IMG/VR virus record: IMGVR_UViG_2882234885_000002
Source of the DNA: an uncultured virus (IMG/VR IMGVR_UViG_2882234885_000002)
Taxonomy: Duplodnaviria > Heunggongvirae > Uroviricota > Caudoviricetes
Length of the DNA: 64,000 nt
Direction: 5' to 3' (one strand)
Each line of letters starts with the position of its first letter. Position 1 is the first letter of the stretch. Under the pieces are notes generated by a model. That model worked only from the letters and a program-made list of their open reading frames with translations. It had not been told where the DNA came from and made no database searches. The translations under genes and the position numbers were made by a program. Positions 46,843 to 55,513 of this stretch are shown here, in pieces.

Positions 46843-48481
46843 GTATTACGGCATCCCCATCGGCTGGGAAATCGGTGATAAAAACCACGCAGGCTATCCG
46901 GCCAACAGCACAACCCTTGTGGCCGAGAGCATCATCAAAATCTGCTGCTTCGACGCTATGGAGAGCGACGGCATCTTGGACCGGGAGAGATACGGCAACA
47001 ACCGCTATTCCCTGGCTAACATCCGCCAGTGGCTCAATAAGAGCGGGACCGGCTGGTATCAGGCCCAGCACAGCTATGACCGGCCCCCGTCCAATTCCTA
47101 CGTCTGGAACGGCCACAACGCGTACGACGCACAATCCGGCTTCCTGACCGGCTTCGGCGCGGAGATGCTGGCCGCGCTGCTCACCACCACCCTGACCGTC
47201 GCAAAGCCCGGCACGGACGGCGGCGGGTCCGAGACCGTCCAAGACAAGATTTTTCTGCTGTCCATGGCAGAGGTTGGCCTCGGTTCGGAGAACGGCGTCG
47301 CGGAGGGCACGAAGCTGGCTATGTTCAGCGACAACGCAAGCCGCCAGTGCAAGCCCACAGCTCAGGCCGTGAGCAACAGCGAGTACACCAATAGCAGCTT
47401 GAGCGCGTCGCAGTTCTGGTACTGGTGGCTCCGCTCCCCGTATTCGTCGTACGCGGGCAGCGTGCGCTGCGTGTACTCGGACGGGAGCCTCACCAGCTAC
47501 TCCGCGTACAACGGCAGCGGGGGTGTGCGCCCGGCTTTGAATCTGTCCTCTGACATCTTGGTATCTGATACACCGGATGGAGAGGGGTACTACACGATTA
47601 TCTGGAATAACGCCCCCACCACGCCCCCGTCCATCACCGTGCCGGAGGACGTGCGGAGCGGTAAAGGTCTCACCGTCTCCTGGGCGGCGTCGGTGGACCC
47701 GGACAGCGACGCCGTAAGCTACGAGCTTGAGCGGCAGTACAATAGCGGCGCATGGTCCAAAATCTACGACGGGGCTGCGACGCAGTTCAGCGACACGATC
47801 ACCACGGCGATGAACACGGTAGCCTACCGGGTCCGCGCCAAGGACAGCAAGGCCGCGTATAGCGCATACACCACCAGCCCCACCCGGACCGTCACCCACA
47901 ATGTAGACCCGACAGTGAGCGGCAGCGATCAGCAGCTCGGCGTGGTGACTACGCCGCCCTCGTTCCAGTACACGGTCAACGACGGGGACGCCGGAGACAC
48001 GCTCACCATCGTAGAGAGCCTGGATGGTGTGACCCTTAATACCATCACCCCGGCAGAGCGGAACCACCAATACACCTTTGCGCTCACGGCGGCGCAGTTC
48101 GCCGCCCTCACTGGGCCGCACACCATGACTATCAAGGTCTCGGACAGCGCCGGGAACAGCGTCACCCGTACCATCACCTTTACCCGGTCCGTCTCCATCA
48201 TCGACTTTGACTGGAAGGTGGATGACACCAGCGCCGCCGCTCAGAAAATCCTTGTCTCCATGCGGTACAACGCCCACGAGGACGGCGTGACAATCCAGGT
48301 CTGCAACAACTACAACGACGAAGAGCCGACCTGGGAGACTGCACAGCTCGGCCTCAAGCACATTTTCAGCAATTCCGCGAAGACTGCGGATAGCTTTGCG
48401 GTGGGTGTCCGCGTCCAGATCACCAAGGTCGGAGGGTATGAAAGCATCGCCTGCTACTCTCTGTCCGCAAGCTACATCTAA
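46784..48481 (+). CDS. DGR target 1: N-terminal CLec-like (DUF6273-like) variable domain plus Fn3/Ig-like domains; probable adhesin or receptor-binding protein
   Basis: NIRQWLN, DKIFLLS..E, WWLRSP...GVRPAL, then NNAPTTPPSITVP...VSWAASVDPD...YRVRAKD (Fn3); located at the end of the tail module. Confidence 0.9.
   Translation: MPQKISALPVKAKVRDAKTKYYGIPIGWEIGDKNHAGYPANSTTLVAESIIKICCFDAMESDGILDRERYGNNRYSLANIRQWLNKSGTGWYQAQHSYDRPPSNSYVWNGHNAYDAQSGFLTGFGAEMLAALLTTTLTVAKPGTDGGGSETVQDKIFLLSMAEVGLGSENGVAEGTKLAMFSDNASRQCKPTAQAVSNSEYTNSSLSASQFWYWWLRSPYSSYAGSVRCVYSDGSLTSYSAYNGSGGVRPALNLSSDILVSDTPDGEGYYTIIWNNAPTTPPSITVPEDVRSGKGLTVSWAASVDPDSDAVSYELERQYNSGAWSKIYDGAATQFSDTITTAMNTVAYRVRAKDSKAAYSAYTTSPTRTVTHNVDPTVSGSDQQLGVVTTPPSFQYTVNDGDAGDTLTIVESLDGVTLNTITPAERNHQYTFALTAAQFAALTGPHTMTIKVSDSAGNSVTRTITFTRSVSIIDFDWKVDDTSAAAQKILVSMRYNAHEDGVTIQVCNNYNDEEPTWETAQLGLKHIFSNSAKTADSFAVGVRVQITKVGGYESIACYSLSASYI
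47430..47537 (+). repeat. DGR variable region VR1
   Basis: 108 bp vs TR 45459-45566; 14 mismatches, all at TR adenines. Confidence 0.97.
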
Positions 48482-48487
48482 GGGGGA

Positions 48488-49270
48488 ATGACTATGAGAA
48501 GTCTTGACGAAGCCCGCGCCTACCAGAAGCAGGAAAAGAGCGTGGACACCTATGAGCTGTGGGCAGCCATCCTTGCCACCCATGACGCTCTGGTGGAGAT
48601 GGGCGGCCCTGGCCTCCCGGAGCTTCATGTGAACCGGGCGCGGGCGAACCTCATCCGCGCCGGACAGGTTGAGAGCGGAGACTACACCGACGCCGAGCTG
48701 AAAATCATCGCGGCGGCGGACGGCACCCGCATCTGGAGTGCCACCATGGGGACCATCTTCAAGGATGAGCCTATCGTGGGGCCGGACAGCGAGCTTTACA
48801 TCTGCACCACGCAGCACCAGGCGCAGGCGGATTGGGCACCTGGAACCGTGGGCGGGCGGACGTTGTTCCGTCCGCTTCGTAGCGAGCCGGAGGAACCCGG
48901 AGGGTATCTGGACTTCATGTGGGGCGAGCACGTCCCCTACGGAGCGGTGCGCCGGGACCCCGTGGACCAGAAGCTCTATACCCCCATCAAGGAGGCGGGC
49001 GTCACGCTCTATGAGCCGCACTACCCCCACCTGGTCCCCTCTGAGTACAAGCTCTACGAAGAAGTAGAGCCGGAGCCGGAACCCGAACCGGGGCCGGAGC
49101 CGGGGAATGTCCCGGATTGGGATGAACTGGAGGCCAATCACACGTTCCAGGTAGGCGACCATTTCACCCACGACGGCACGGAGTATGAGGTCCTGCGTGT
49201 CTTCACCAAGCAGGATGGTTGGGCGCCCCCGGCGCTCCTGGACGACTACTACAAGGTCGTGACGGAGTAA
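48488..49270 (+). CDS. Tail-associated protein with CBM5/12-like small domains and an EP-rich linker
   Basis: LYICTTQHQAQADWAP; EPEPEPEPGPEP; FQVGDHFTHDGTEYEVL...WAP. Confidence 0.6.
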   Translation: MTMRSLDEARAYQKQEKSVDTYELWAAILATHDALVEMGGPGLPELHVNRARANLIRAGQVESGDYTDAELKIIAAADGTRIWSATMGTIFKDEPIVGPDSELYICTTQHQAQADWAPGTVGGRTLFRPLRSEPEEPGGYLDFMWGEHVPYGAVRRDPVDQKLYTPIKEAGVTLYEPHYPHLVPSEYKLYEEVEPEPEPEPGPEPGNVPDWDELEANHTFQVGDHFTHDGTEYEVLRVFTKQDGWAPPALLDDYYKVVTE

Positions 49271-49283
49271 AGGGGTGAGACCA

Positions 49284-49631
49284 ATGGAAGTAAACATCGG
49301 CCTGGGCCAGATGGTGCTTGCTTTTGTCGCGGCTATGGGTATTCCGAGCGCGATCATGGGCCTTATCATCTGGCGTCTGGAGCGCCGTATCGACAAGCGG
49401 GAAAAGGAACAGGCGGCCCAGGAACAGGGCCAAAAGGACCTCTTCGTCCTGGTTGTCCAGGGGACCAATGCCGCTATTGCCCTGGGGGAAGCGACTGCAA
49501 GGGCCGTCCAGCGCATCCCCGACGCCCACTGTAACGGGGATATGCACGACGCCCTGGACTACGCCGCCGACATCAAACACAAGCAAAAGGACTTCCTCAC
49601 CCGGCAAGGCGTTTCCTCCTTGATGGACTGA
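49284..49631 (+). CDS. Holin-like membrane protein
   Basis: N-terminal TM segment plus AHCNGDMHDAL motif; start of the lysis module. Confidence 0.6.
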   Translation: MEVNIGLGQMVLAFVAAMGIPSAIMGLIIWRLERRIDKREKEQAAQEQGQKDLFVLVVQGTNAAIALGEATARAVQRIPDAHCNGDMHDALDYAADIKHKQKDFLTRQGVSSLMD

Positions 49632-49641
49632 GGGGGACGCT

Positions 49642-49962
49642 ATGGCTGGTAAGTATGAGGGGAAACGCGCCAAGACGCGCCGCCCATGGGAGTTCAAAAA
49701 GAAGCTCGCTGCGTGGGCCGTCCTTATTGCCACGGCCACCGCCGTAGCTTCCTACATCCTCGCCTACCTGGACAAGCAGACCGCGAGCGATGTTACCACC
49801 ACCATCTTTACCGCCTGCATCGGCTATCTGGTGAGCTATGCGGCGGCATCCACCACCGAAAAAGTCAGTCGAAACCGCCACGGGCTGGACGCTGACGGAA
49901 ACCCATTCCAAACCAACAACACAGAGGGCGGGTCCGACACCAGCGGACCTACACTCGGATAA
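49642..49962 (+). CDS. Two-TM membrane protein (lysis module)
   Basis: Two hydrophobic helices. Confidence 0.6.
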   Translation: MAGKYEGKRAKTRRPWEFKKKLAAWAVLIATATAVASYILAYLDKQTASDVTTTIFTACIGYLVSYAAASTTEKVSRNRHGLDADGNPFQTNNTEGGSDTSGPTLG

Positions 49963-49980
49963 AAACAAGGAGGATTTATC

Positions 49981-50349
49981 ATGTACGACATCACCCCTAT
50001 CATCGAAGCTGTGGCCGCTCTGATCGGCGTCATCGTTACCTGTGTGCTCATCCCGTTCATCAAGTCCAAGACCACGGCATCCCAGCAGGCGGAAATCAAC
50101 GCCTGGGTCAAAATCGCCGTCTCCGCTGCTGAGCAGATTTTCAAGGGCAGCGGGCACGGAGAAGAGAAGAAGCAGTACGTTATTGCCTGGCTGAAAGAGC
50201 GCGGCGTCACTGTGAATGAGAATGAGCTTGACGCGCTCATCGAGGCCGCCGTCTATGAGCTGACCCAGGGCATCATCCCTCTGGAGGGCATCGCCATTGA
50301 GACCACTACCGAAGTCAGCGAGGACAAGGAGGAAACCAACCATGAGTAA
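49981..50349 (+). CDS. Phage holin, LL-H family
   Basis: LIPFIKSK...WVKIAVSAAEQIF..SGHGEEKKQYV...IEAAVYEL. Confidence 0.88.
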   Translation: MYDITPIIEAVAALIGVIVTCVLIPFIKSKTTASQQAEINAWVKIAVSAAEQIFKGSGHGEEKKQYVIAWLKERGVTVNENELDALIEAAVYELTQGIIPLEGIAIETTTEVSEDKEETNHE

Positions 50350-51370
50350 CAGCAGCCTTGCGACCTATACCCTCATCAGCCCCAACAAGAACAGTCCCCG
50401 CAATCATAAAATCGACACCATCAGCATCCATTGTTTCGTCGGCCAAGTGACCGCTAAGCGCGGGTGTGAGGTCTTCCAGCCCTCCAGCAAGCATGCGTCC
50501 TGCAACTACGTTGTGGGCTATGACGGCTCCATCGGCCTGTGCGTGGAGGAAAAGGACCGGAGCTGGTGTACCTCCAGCTCCTCCAACGACCACCGCGCCA
50601 TTACCATTGAGACGGCCAGCGAGAACAAGGCCCCCTACAAGGTCACGGCGGCGGCCTATGCCGCGCTGCTGGACCTTGTGACGGATATTTGCCGCCGGAA
50701 CGGGGCCAAGAAGCTGCTCTGGTTCGGGGACAAGGCGAAGACCCTTGCCTATGCCCCCAAGTCCGGGGAGATGGTGATGACCGTTCACCGCTGGTTTGCG
50801 AACAAGTCTTGCCCCGGCGATTACCTCTACAACCTCCACGGCGAGATTGCCGCCGAGGTCACGAAGCGGCTGGGTGGCAGCTCCAGCACCACCAGCCCCA
50901 GCACCGGCACCGGCGCATCCGGCAGCGCTCAGACAGCCGTAAACTACACGGTGAAAGTGACAGCGACGGACCTCAATATCCGTTCCGGCCCCGGCACCAA
51001 CTACGGCAGCAAGGGCGCTATCAACCCCGGCGTCTACACCATCGTTGCGGAGGCCGGCGGCACCGGCGCTTCCAAGTGGGGCAAGCTCAAGAGCGGAGCC
51101 GGGTGGATTTCTTTGGACTTCGCCACCAAGAACGGCACCAGCAGCTCTACGGCGTCCAAGGCCGTGACGGTGGGCAGCACCGTCACCATCCAGGCCGGGG
51201 CCGTCTACGGCGGCCTCGCCACCTCCAGAGGGGCCAAGGTCCCGGACTACGTGAGCGGCAAGAACCGCCGGTACACCGTGAAGCAGATCGCCACCCACAA
51301 GGGGGTCCAGGAGGCGCTTCTCAAGGAAATCACGTCCTGGGTTGCGCTGTCCTACCTGACCGTGGTATAA
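50342..51370 (+). CDS. Endolysin: N-acetylmuramoyl-L-alanine amidase plus SH3b-like domain
   Basis: ISIHCFVG, ASCNY, NDHRAITIE, TVHRWFANKSCPG; LNIRSGPGTNY...WGKLKSGAGWISL. Confidence 0.92.
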   Translation: MSNSSLATYTLISPNKNSPRNHKIDTISIHCFVGQVTAKRGCEVFQPSSKHASCNYVVGYDGSIGLCVEEKDRSWCTSSSSNDHRAITIETASENKAPYKVTAAAYAALLDLVTDICRRNGAKKLLWFGDKAKTLAYAPKSGEMVMTVHRWFANKSCPGDYLYNLHGEIAAEVTKRLGGSSSTTSPSTGTGASGSAQTAVNYTVKVTATDLNIRSGPGTNYGSKGAINPGVYTIVAEAGGTGASKWGKLKSGAGWISLDFATKNGTSSSTASKAVTVGSTVTIQAGAVYGGLATSRGAKVPDYVSGKNRRYTVKQIATHKGVQEALLKEITSWVALSYLTVV

Positions 51371-51499
51371 TCTGCGCGTGGAATTGTTTTGGCATTACGC
51401 CGCCTGAAAGCGGTGGAGACTATGGAGAAACGCCGCCATTTGGAACCGGCGAGTAGACCGGAATACCGCGAAAAATAGCCCAAAACATCCCCCGTCAAT

Positions 51500-51512
51500 C
51501 GAGTGGGAGTGA
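51500..51512 (+). other. att site (prophage/IME1 junction), guaA-3'-like core
   Basis: ATC GAG TGG GAG TGA reads IEWE*; 12/13 identical to 59514-59526. Confidence 0.8.
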
Positions 51513-51681
51513 GTTTTTGAAACTCCGAACCCGTTGCGGCACAACGATTTTGCGGTTTTATATCTCTCTTTTGATAACGATTTGATAACGCTCCCCATAG
51601 GCCGTATCATTCTGTATCCCCAGTGGATTGCGGGTAAAGAATGTTCTTTTGCGGCTTATAAGTGAGGACAACCATATTAGA

Positions 51682-51719
51682 AAGCCCTTACCGATGGCAA
51701 CGTCGGTAAGGGCTTTTGC
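51682..51719. terminator. Bidirectional terminator
   Basis: AAGCCCTTACCGA...TCGGTAAGGGCTT hairpin with A/T flanks. Confidence 0.75.
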
Positions 51720-51722
51720 TGT

Positions 51723-52256
51723 CTATTCATCAGTATCGGGGCTATCTTTGAGTGCATCCACCAGGAAATCACTCAATTCCTGTGAGGGAACTTTTGCCCA
51801 CCGCAGGGTGGTGTCGTACTTGGGGTAGTTGTACCGCCAGCGGTCATAGTCCTCCCTGGTGATCTCCCCGGCCTCCAGCTTCTTGGCCTGCTCCGCCCAG
51901 GCGGACAGCATATCAAGCATATTGGCATAGGTCTTGCCTTTGGATTTGTCCAGACGCAGACAAACCTCGCCGTCAATCTCCCCAATAGTCAGCCCCCGAA
52001 TATCCTCCAAAGCAAAGAGGGTGTGCATCAGGCCGATGTCGGTATCTATGTCAGGGACGGTCAGGGCATCAGGGGAAATATCAAAGAAGTCAGCCAGGGT
52101 CTTTGTCAGGTCGGCCTTGGGGGTGCGGCTCCCGGTTTCATACTGTGCCATACGCACATCGGCGGAGCGTTCCGGGAAACCCACCACCATGCCAAGATAC
52201 TTCTGTGTGATGCCCTTCATGTTGCGGAAGAAACGAATACGTTCACCAATCGCCAT
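51723..52256 (-). CDS. XRE-family repressor (IME1)
   Basis: MAIGERIRFFR..KGITQKYLG...RMAQYETGSRTPK. Confidence 0.9.
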   Translation of the reverse strand: MAIGERIRFFRNMKGITQKYLGMVVGFPERSADVRMAQYETGSRTPKADLTKTLADFFDISPDALTVPDIDTDIGLMHTLFALEDIRGLTIGEIDGEVCLRLDKSKGKTYANMLDMLSAWAEQAKKLEAGEITREDYDRWRYNYPKYDTTLRWAKVPSQELSDFLVDALKDSPDTDE

Positions 52257-52293
52257 AACTGCCAACTCCAATCTATGTAATGGGGACACTTGA

Positions 52294-52395
52294 AGTATAA
52301 CAGATATGTTTAGACCAGTCAAGAGAAAAATAAATAAATTTGTTTATATTTTCTCGTTGGAAGGTCTTGACATAACGGAATAGAGTTAGTATAAT
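52294..52395. promoter_or_regulatory. Divergent promoters (IME1)
   Basis: Plus strand TTGACA(52367)-N17-TATAAT(52390); minus strand TTGACT(52322)-N17-TATACT(52299). Confidence 0.75.
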
Positions 52396-52445
52396 AGGAC
52401 TACGTTAAGCAAATAGCGTTAAATCAAAAGAAAGGAGGAATCCAT

Positions 52446-52634
52446 ATGGAGAACAGATTCATCCGGGCGGAAGAAGTTGCGGACGAGCTGGGTGTATCGA
52501 AGCCCTACGCCTATAAACTCATCCGGCAGCTCAACGAAGAATTGAAGGACAAGGGCTTCATCACCATCGCAGGGCGGGTCAACCGCCAGTATTTCAACGA
52601 ACGGCTCTACGGGGCCAGAAAGGAAGGGAACTAA
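52446..52634 (+). CDS. xis: Excisionase-like HTH protein
   Basis: AEEVADELGVSKPYAYKLIRQLNEEL...GRV; adjacent to int. Confidence 0.8.
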   Translation: MENRFIRAEEVADELGVSKPYAYKLIRQLNEELKDKGFITIAGRVNRQYFNERLYGARKEGN

Positions 52635-53711
52635 ATGCCAGTCTTTAAGGACGAAGCAAGAGGAACATGGTACGTCATGGTGCGGTATCAGGACTGGACG
52701 GGGGAGCGCAAACAGAAGTGCAAGCGTGGCTTTGCCACCAAACGGGAGGCCCAGGAGTGGGAGCGCAGTTTCCAGATGCAGACCTCCGGCGACCTGGATA
52801 TGACCTTTGAAGCCTTTACCGAGCTTTACACCAAGGATATGAAACCCCGGCTCAAGGAGAACACCTGGCTGACCAAGGAGAACATCATCCAGAAGAAAAT
52901 TCTGCCCTACTTTGGCAAGCGGAAGATTAGCGAGATCACCACCAAGGACGTGATCGCATGGCAGAACGAGTTGCTGGCCTACCGGGACGAGAAGCGCAAG
53001 CCCTACTCGGCTACCTACCTCAAAACCCTGCACAACCAGCTTAGCGCCATCTTCAATCACGCTGTCCGCTTCTATGAGCTGCGCTCCAATCCCGCCGCCA
53101 AGGCTGGGAACATGGGGTCAGAGGAACGGAAGGAAATGCTGTTCTGGACGAAAGCGGAGTACCAGAAGTTTGCAGATGCCATGATGGACAAGCCCGTTTC
53201 CTACTACGCCTTTGAAATGCTCTACTGGTGTGGTATTCGGGAGGGGGAACTGCTGGCCCTGACCCCGGCAGACTTTGACTTTGAGGCCGGGACGGTGAAA
53301 ATCAGCAAGTCCTATCAGCGGCTCCACGGCAAGGACGTCATTACCACGCCAAAGACGAAGAAAAGCAACCGCACCATTAAAATGCCCAACTTCCTCTGTG
53401 ACGAGATGAAGGATTACCTGGGGATGCTCTACGGTATCAAGAAGAAGGAGCGCATTTTCACCATCACGAAAAGCTATCTCCACCATGAGATGGACAGAGG
53501 GGCGAAGTCGGCAGGGGTCAAGCGTATCAGAATCCACGACCTCCGGCATTCGCACATCTCACTTCTGATTGACATGGGCTTCTCCGCTGTGGCGATTGCT
53601 GACCGTGTGGGGCATGAGAGTATCGAGATCACCTATCGCTATGCCCACCTGTTTCCGTCCAAGCAGACGGAAATGGCAGACAAATTGGACTTTGAAAGGA
53701 TGGGAGCGTAA
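52635..53711 (+). CDS. int: Tyrosine integrase
   Basis: Arm-binding KRGFATKREA; GIREGELLAL (R), K, IHDLRHSH, RVGH, Y. Confidence 0.95.
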   Translation: MPVFKDEARGTWYVMVRYQDWTGERKQKCKRGFATKREAQEWERSFQMQTSGDLDMTFEAFTELYTKDMKPRLKENTWLTKENIIQKKILPYFGKRKISEITTKDVIAWQNELLAYRDEKRKPYSATYLKTLHNQLSAIFNHAVRFYELRSNPAAKAGNMGSEERKEMLFWTKAEYQKFADAMMDKPVSYYAFEMLYWCGIREGELLALTPADFDFEAGTVKISKSYQRLHGKDVITTPKTKKSNRTIKMPNFLCDEMKDYLGMLYGIKKKERIFTITKSYLHHEMDRGAKSAGVKRIRIHDLRHSHISLLIDMGFSAVAIADRVGHESIEITYRYAHLFPSKQTEMADKLDFERMGA

Positions 53712-54031
53712 TGTCAGCTAAGAATTTGGACACTCACAACCGCTGGAGGAACAAGACCGTGGCCTTCCGGGTATCCCCGGAGGAAAACAAGCAGATTGAC
53801 GCCGCTGTGCGGCTCTCTGGCCTGACGAAGCAGGACTACATCACCCGGCGGCTCTTAGACCGGGCCGTGGTGGTGCAGGGCAATCCCAGGGTCTACAAGG
53901 CCCTGCGTGACCAACTCGCCGCCGTCCTGGGGGAACTGCGGCGCATTGAGGCCGGGGGCGACGTGGGGGATGAACTTCTCGCCACCATTGACCTTATCTC
54001 AGTGACGCTGGGCGGCATGAAGGAGGATTGA
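53711..54031 (+). CDS. MobC-like ribbon-helix-helix protein
   Basis: KTVAFRVSPEE...LSGLTKQDYI. Confidence 0.7.
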   Translation: MSAKNLDTHNRWRNKTVAFRVSPEENKQIDAAVRLSGLTKQDYITRRLLDRAVVVQGNPRVYKALRDQLAAVLGELRRIEAGGDVGDELLATIDLISVTLGGMKED

Positions 54032-54038
54032 TAGATTG

Positions 54039-55193
54039 ATGGATTCCAGAGAAACGAAAAGGACTGTCCCGGTTCCGTCTGTTGGCGCAGACGGGGAACA
54101 GCCCAATTCTCAAACAACTACCCAAAGTATAGCAGAGGAAACGGCTGAAAACAACCCCCAAGAGAAAGATTTAGAGGAAATGCTCCGGGATATGCGGCGC
54201 ATGAACGACCCAGCCTACCTCCACACAGTTTCCATGAACGACCTTTACCAGAACATCTACCAGAGCAGACCGCCCGTAATAGACGGTCTGCTCTACCCTG
54301 GGACGTACCTCTTTGCGGGAGCGCCCAAGGTGGGCAAGTCGTTCCTGATGGCCCAGCTTGCCTACCATGTCAGCATGGGCCTCCCCCTGTGGGGCTACCC
54401 TGTCCACAAGGGGACTGTCCTCTATCTGGCGTTGGAGGACGACCACCGCCGCTTGCAGGGGCGGCTATACCGAATGTTCGGCACAGAGGGCACCGACAAT
54501 CTGCTCTTTGCGGTCTACGCCAAACAGCTTGGCGTTGGCCTGGAGGAACAGCTAAAGAAGTTCGTCCGGGAACACCCGAACACCAAGCTGATTATCATTG
54601 ACACCCTCCAGAAAATCCGGGAGGCTGGTGGGGATAAGTACAGCTACGCCAACGATTACGAGGTGGTGGGTAAGCTGAAACGCCTTGCCGATGATTGCGG
54701 CGTCTGCCTCCTGCTGGTACACCACACTCGAAAGCAACAGGCAGATGACAAATTCGATATGATCTCCGGCACCAACGGTCTGCTGGGAGCGGCGGACGGG
54801 GCCTTTCTTCTTCAAAAGGAGAAGCGGACAGACGGCAGCGCCGTTCTGGACGTGGCCGGGCGTGACCAGCAAGACCAGCGATTCTATCTTACCAGGGACA
54901 AGGAACGGCTGATATGGACGCTGGAGCGTACGGAAACGGAGGCATGGACAGAGCCGCCCGACCCGGTGCTGGAGGCCATAGCCGCCCTTGTGACGGCGGA
55001 GAAGCCGACCTGGGGTGGTACGGCCACCGAGCTGGTAGCGGCGCTCCAGACCGACATGAAGCCCAACGCCCTGGCGATGCGGCTAAACGTCCGGGCCGGG
55101 AAGCTGCTGATAGACTACCACATCCGCTATGAGAACAGCAGGAGCCACGCCGGGAGAAGTATCAGCCTGACGCTGGAACCGTCCCAGGCGTGA
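54039..55193 (+). CDS. AAA_25 / RepA-like helicase
   Basis: GAPKVGKS Walker A, LYLALED, IIIDTLQ, LVHHTRK, ISGTNGL.GAAD. Confidence 0.88.
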   Translation: MDSRETKRTVPVPSVGADGEQPNSQTTTQSIAEETAENNPQEKDLEEMLRDMRRMNDPAYLHTVSMNDLYQNIYQSRPPVIDGLLYPGTYLFAGAPKVGKSFLMAQLAYHVSMGLPLWGYPVHKGTVLYLALEDDHRRLQGRLYRMFGTEGTDNLLFAVYAKQLGVGLEEQLKKFVREHPNTKLIIIDTLQKIREAGGDKYSYANDYEVVGKLKRLADDCGVCLLLVHHTRKQQADDKFDMISGTNGLLGAADGAFLLQKEKRTDGSAVLDVAGRDQQDQRFYLTRDKERLIWTLERTETEAWTEPPDPVLEAIAALVTAEKPTWGGTATELVAALQTDMKPNALAMRLNVRAGKLLIDYHIRYENSRSHAGRSISLTLEPSQA

Positions 55194-55271
55194 CGACCGT
55201 GACGGCTGTGACGGCTTTTTTGAGAGTGGCGGCGGTGTCTGAAACATCGTCACGGTCGTCACGGCTGTCAC
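55190..55271. repeat. Inverted pair of 3x9-bp repeat arrays (GTGACGRCY / ..CGTCAC)
   Basis: GTGACGACC GTGACGGCT GTGACGGCT ... CATCGTCAC GGTCGTCAC GGCTGTCAC. Confidence 0.8.
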
Positions 55272-55513
55272 GGGGAGCAGCAAAGTTTAGGCGGGGTGCA
55301 GGGTGCCCTTTTCAAAGGGCGGCCCTGCTGGGGGAGGCAACCGCAGTTGCCGGGGGCAAAGCCCCCACACCCCCTCGGAGAGCCCACGACACTTTGCAGA
55401 CCGAAGGGATGAAAGTGTCATAGTGGGTTATTACACTTCCTGCAGGAAGTGCCTCCCCCGAACCCCCGTCCTCTTTCAACAACCCAACATCTGAAACAGG
55501 AGGATTTTTGCCT

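Larger units (their letters stand above)
1..51512. mobile_element. Temperate myovirus prophage (left end/integrase outside window)
   Basis: Ordered repressor, early, replication, terminase, portal, capsid, sheath, tube, tape measure, baseplate, holin and endolysin genes; ends at att-like CGAGTGGGAGTGA (51500-51512). Confidence 0.95.

Noticed and set aside
49066..49105. GAGCCG/GAACCG tandem repeats
   Set aside because: They encode an ordinary EP-rich interdomain linker
46805..49516. 903-aa minus-strand ORF and other long antisense ORFs (e.g. 9717-11273, 29989-31539)
   Set aside because: These are shadow ORFs from high-GC codon bias, opposite well-supported plus-strand genes, with no recognisable motifs
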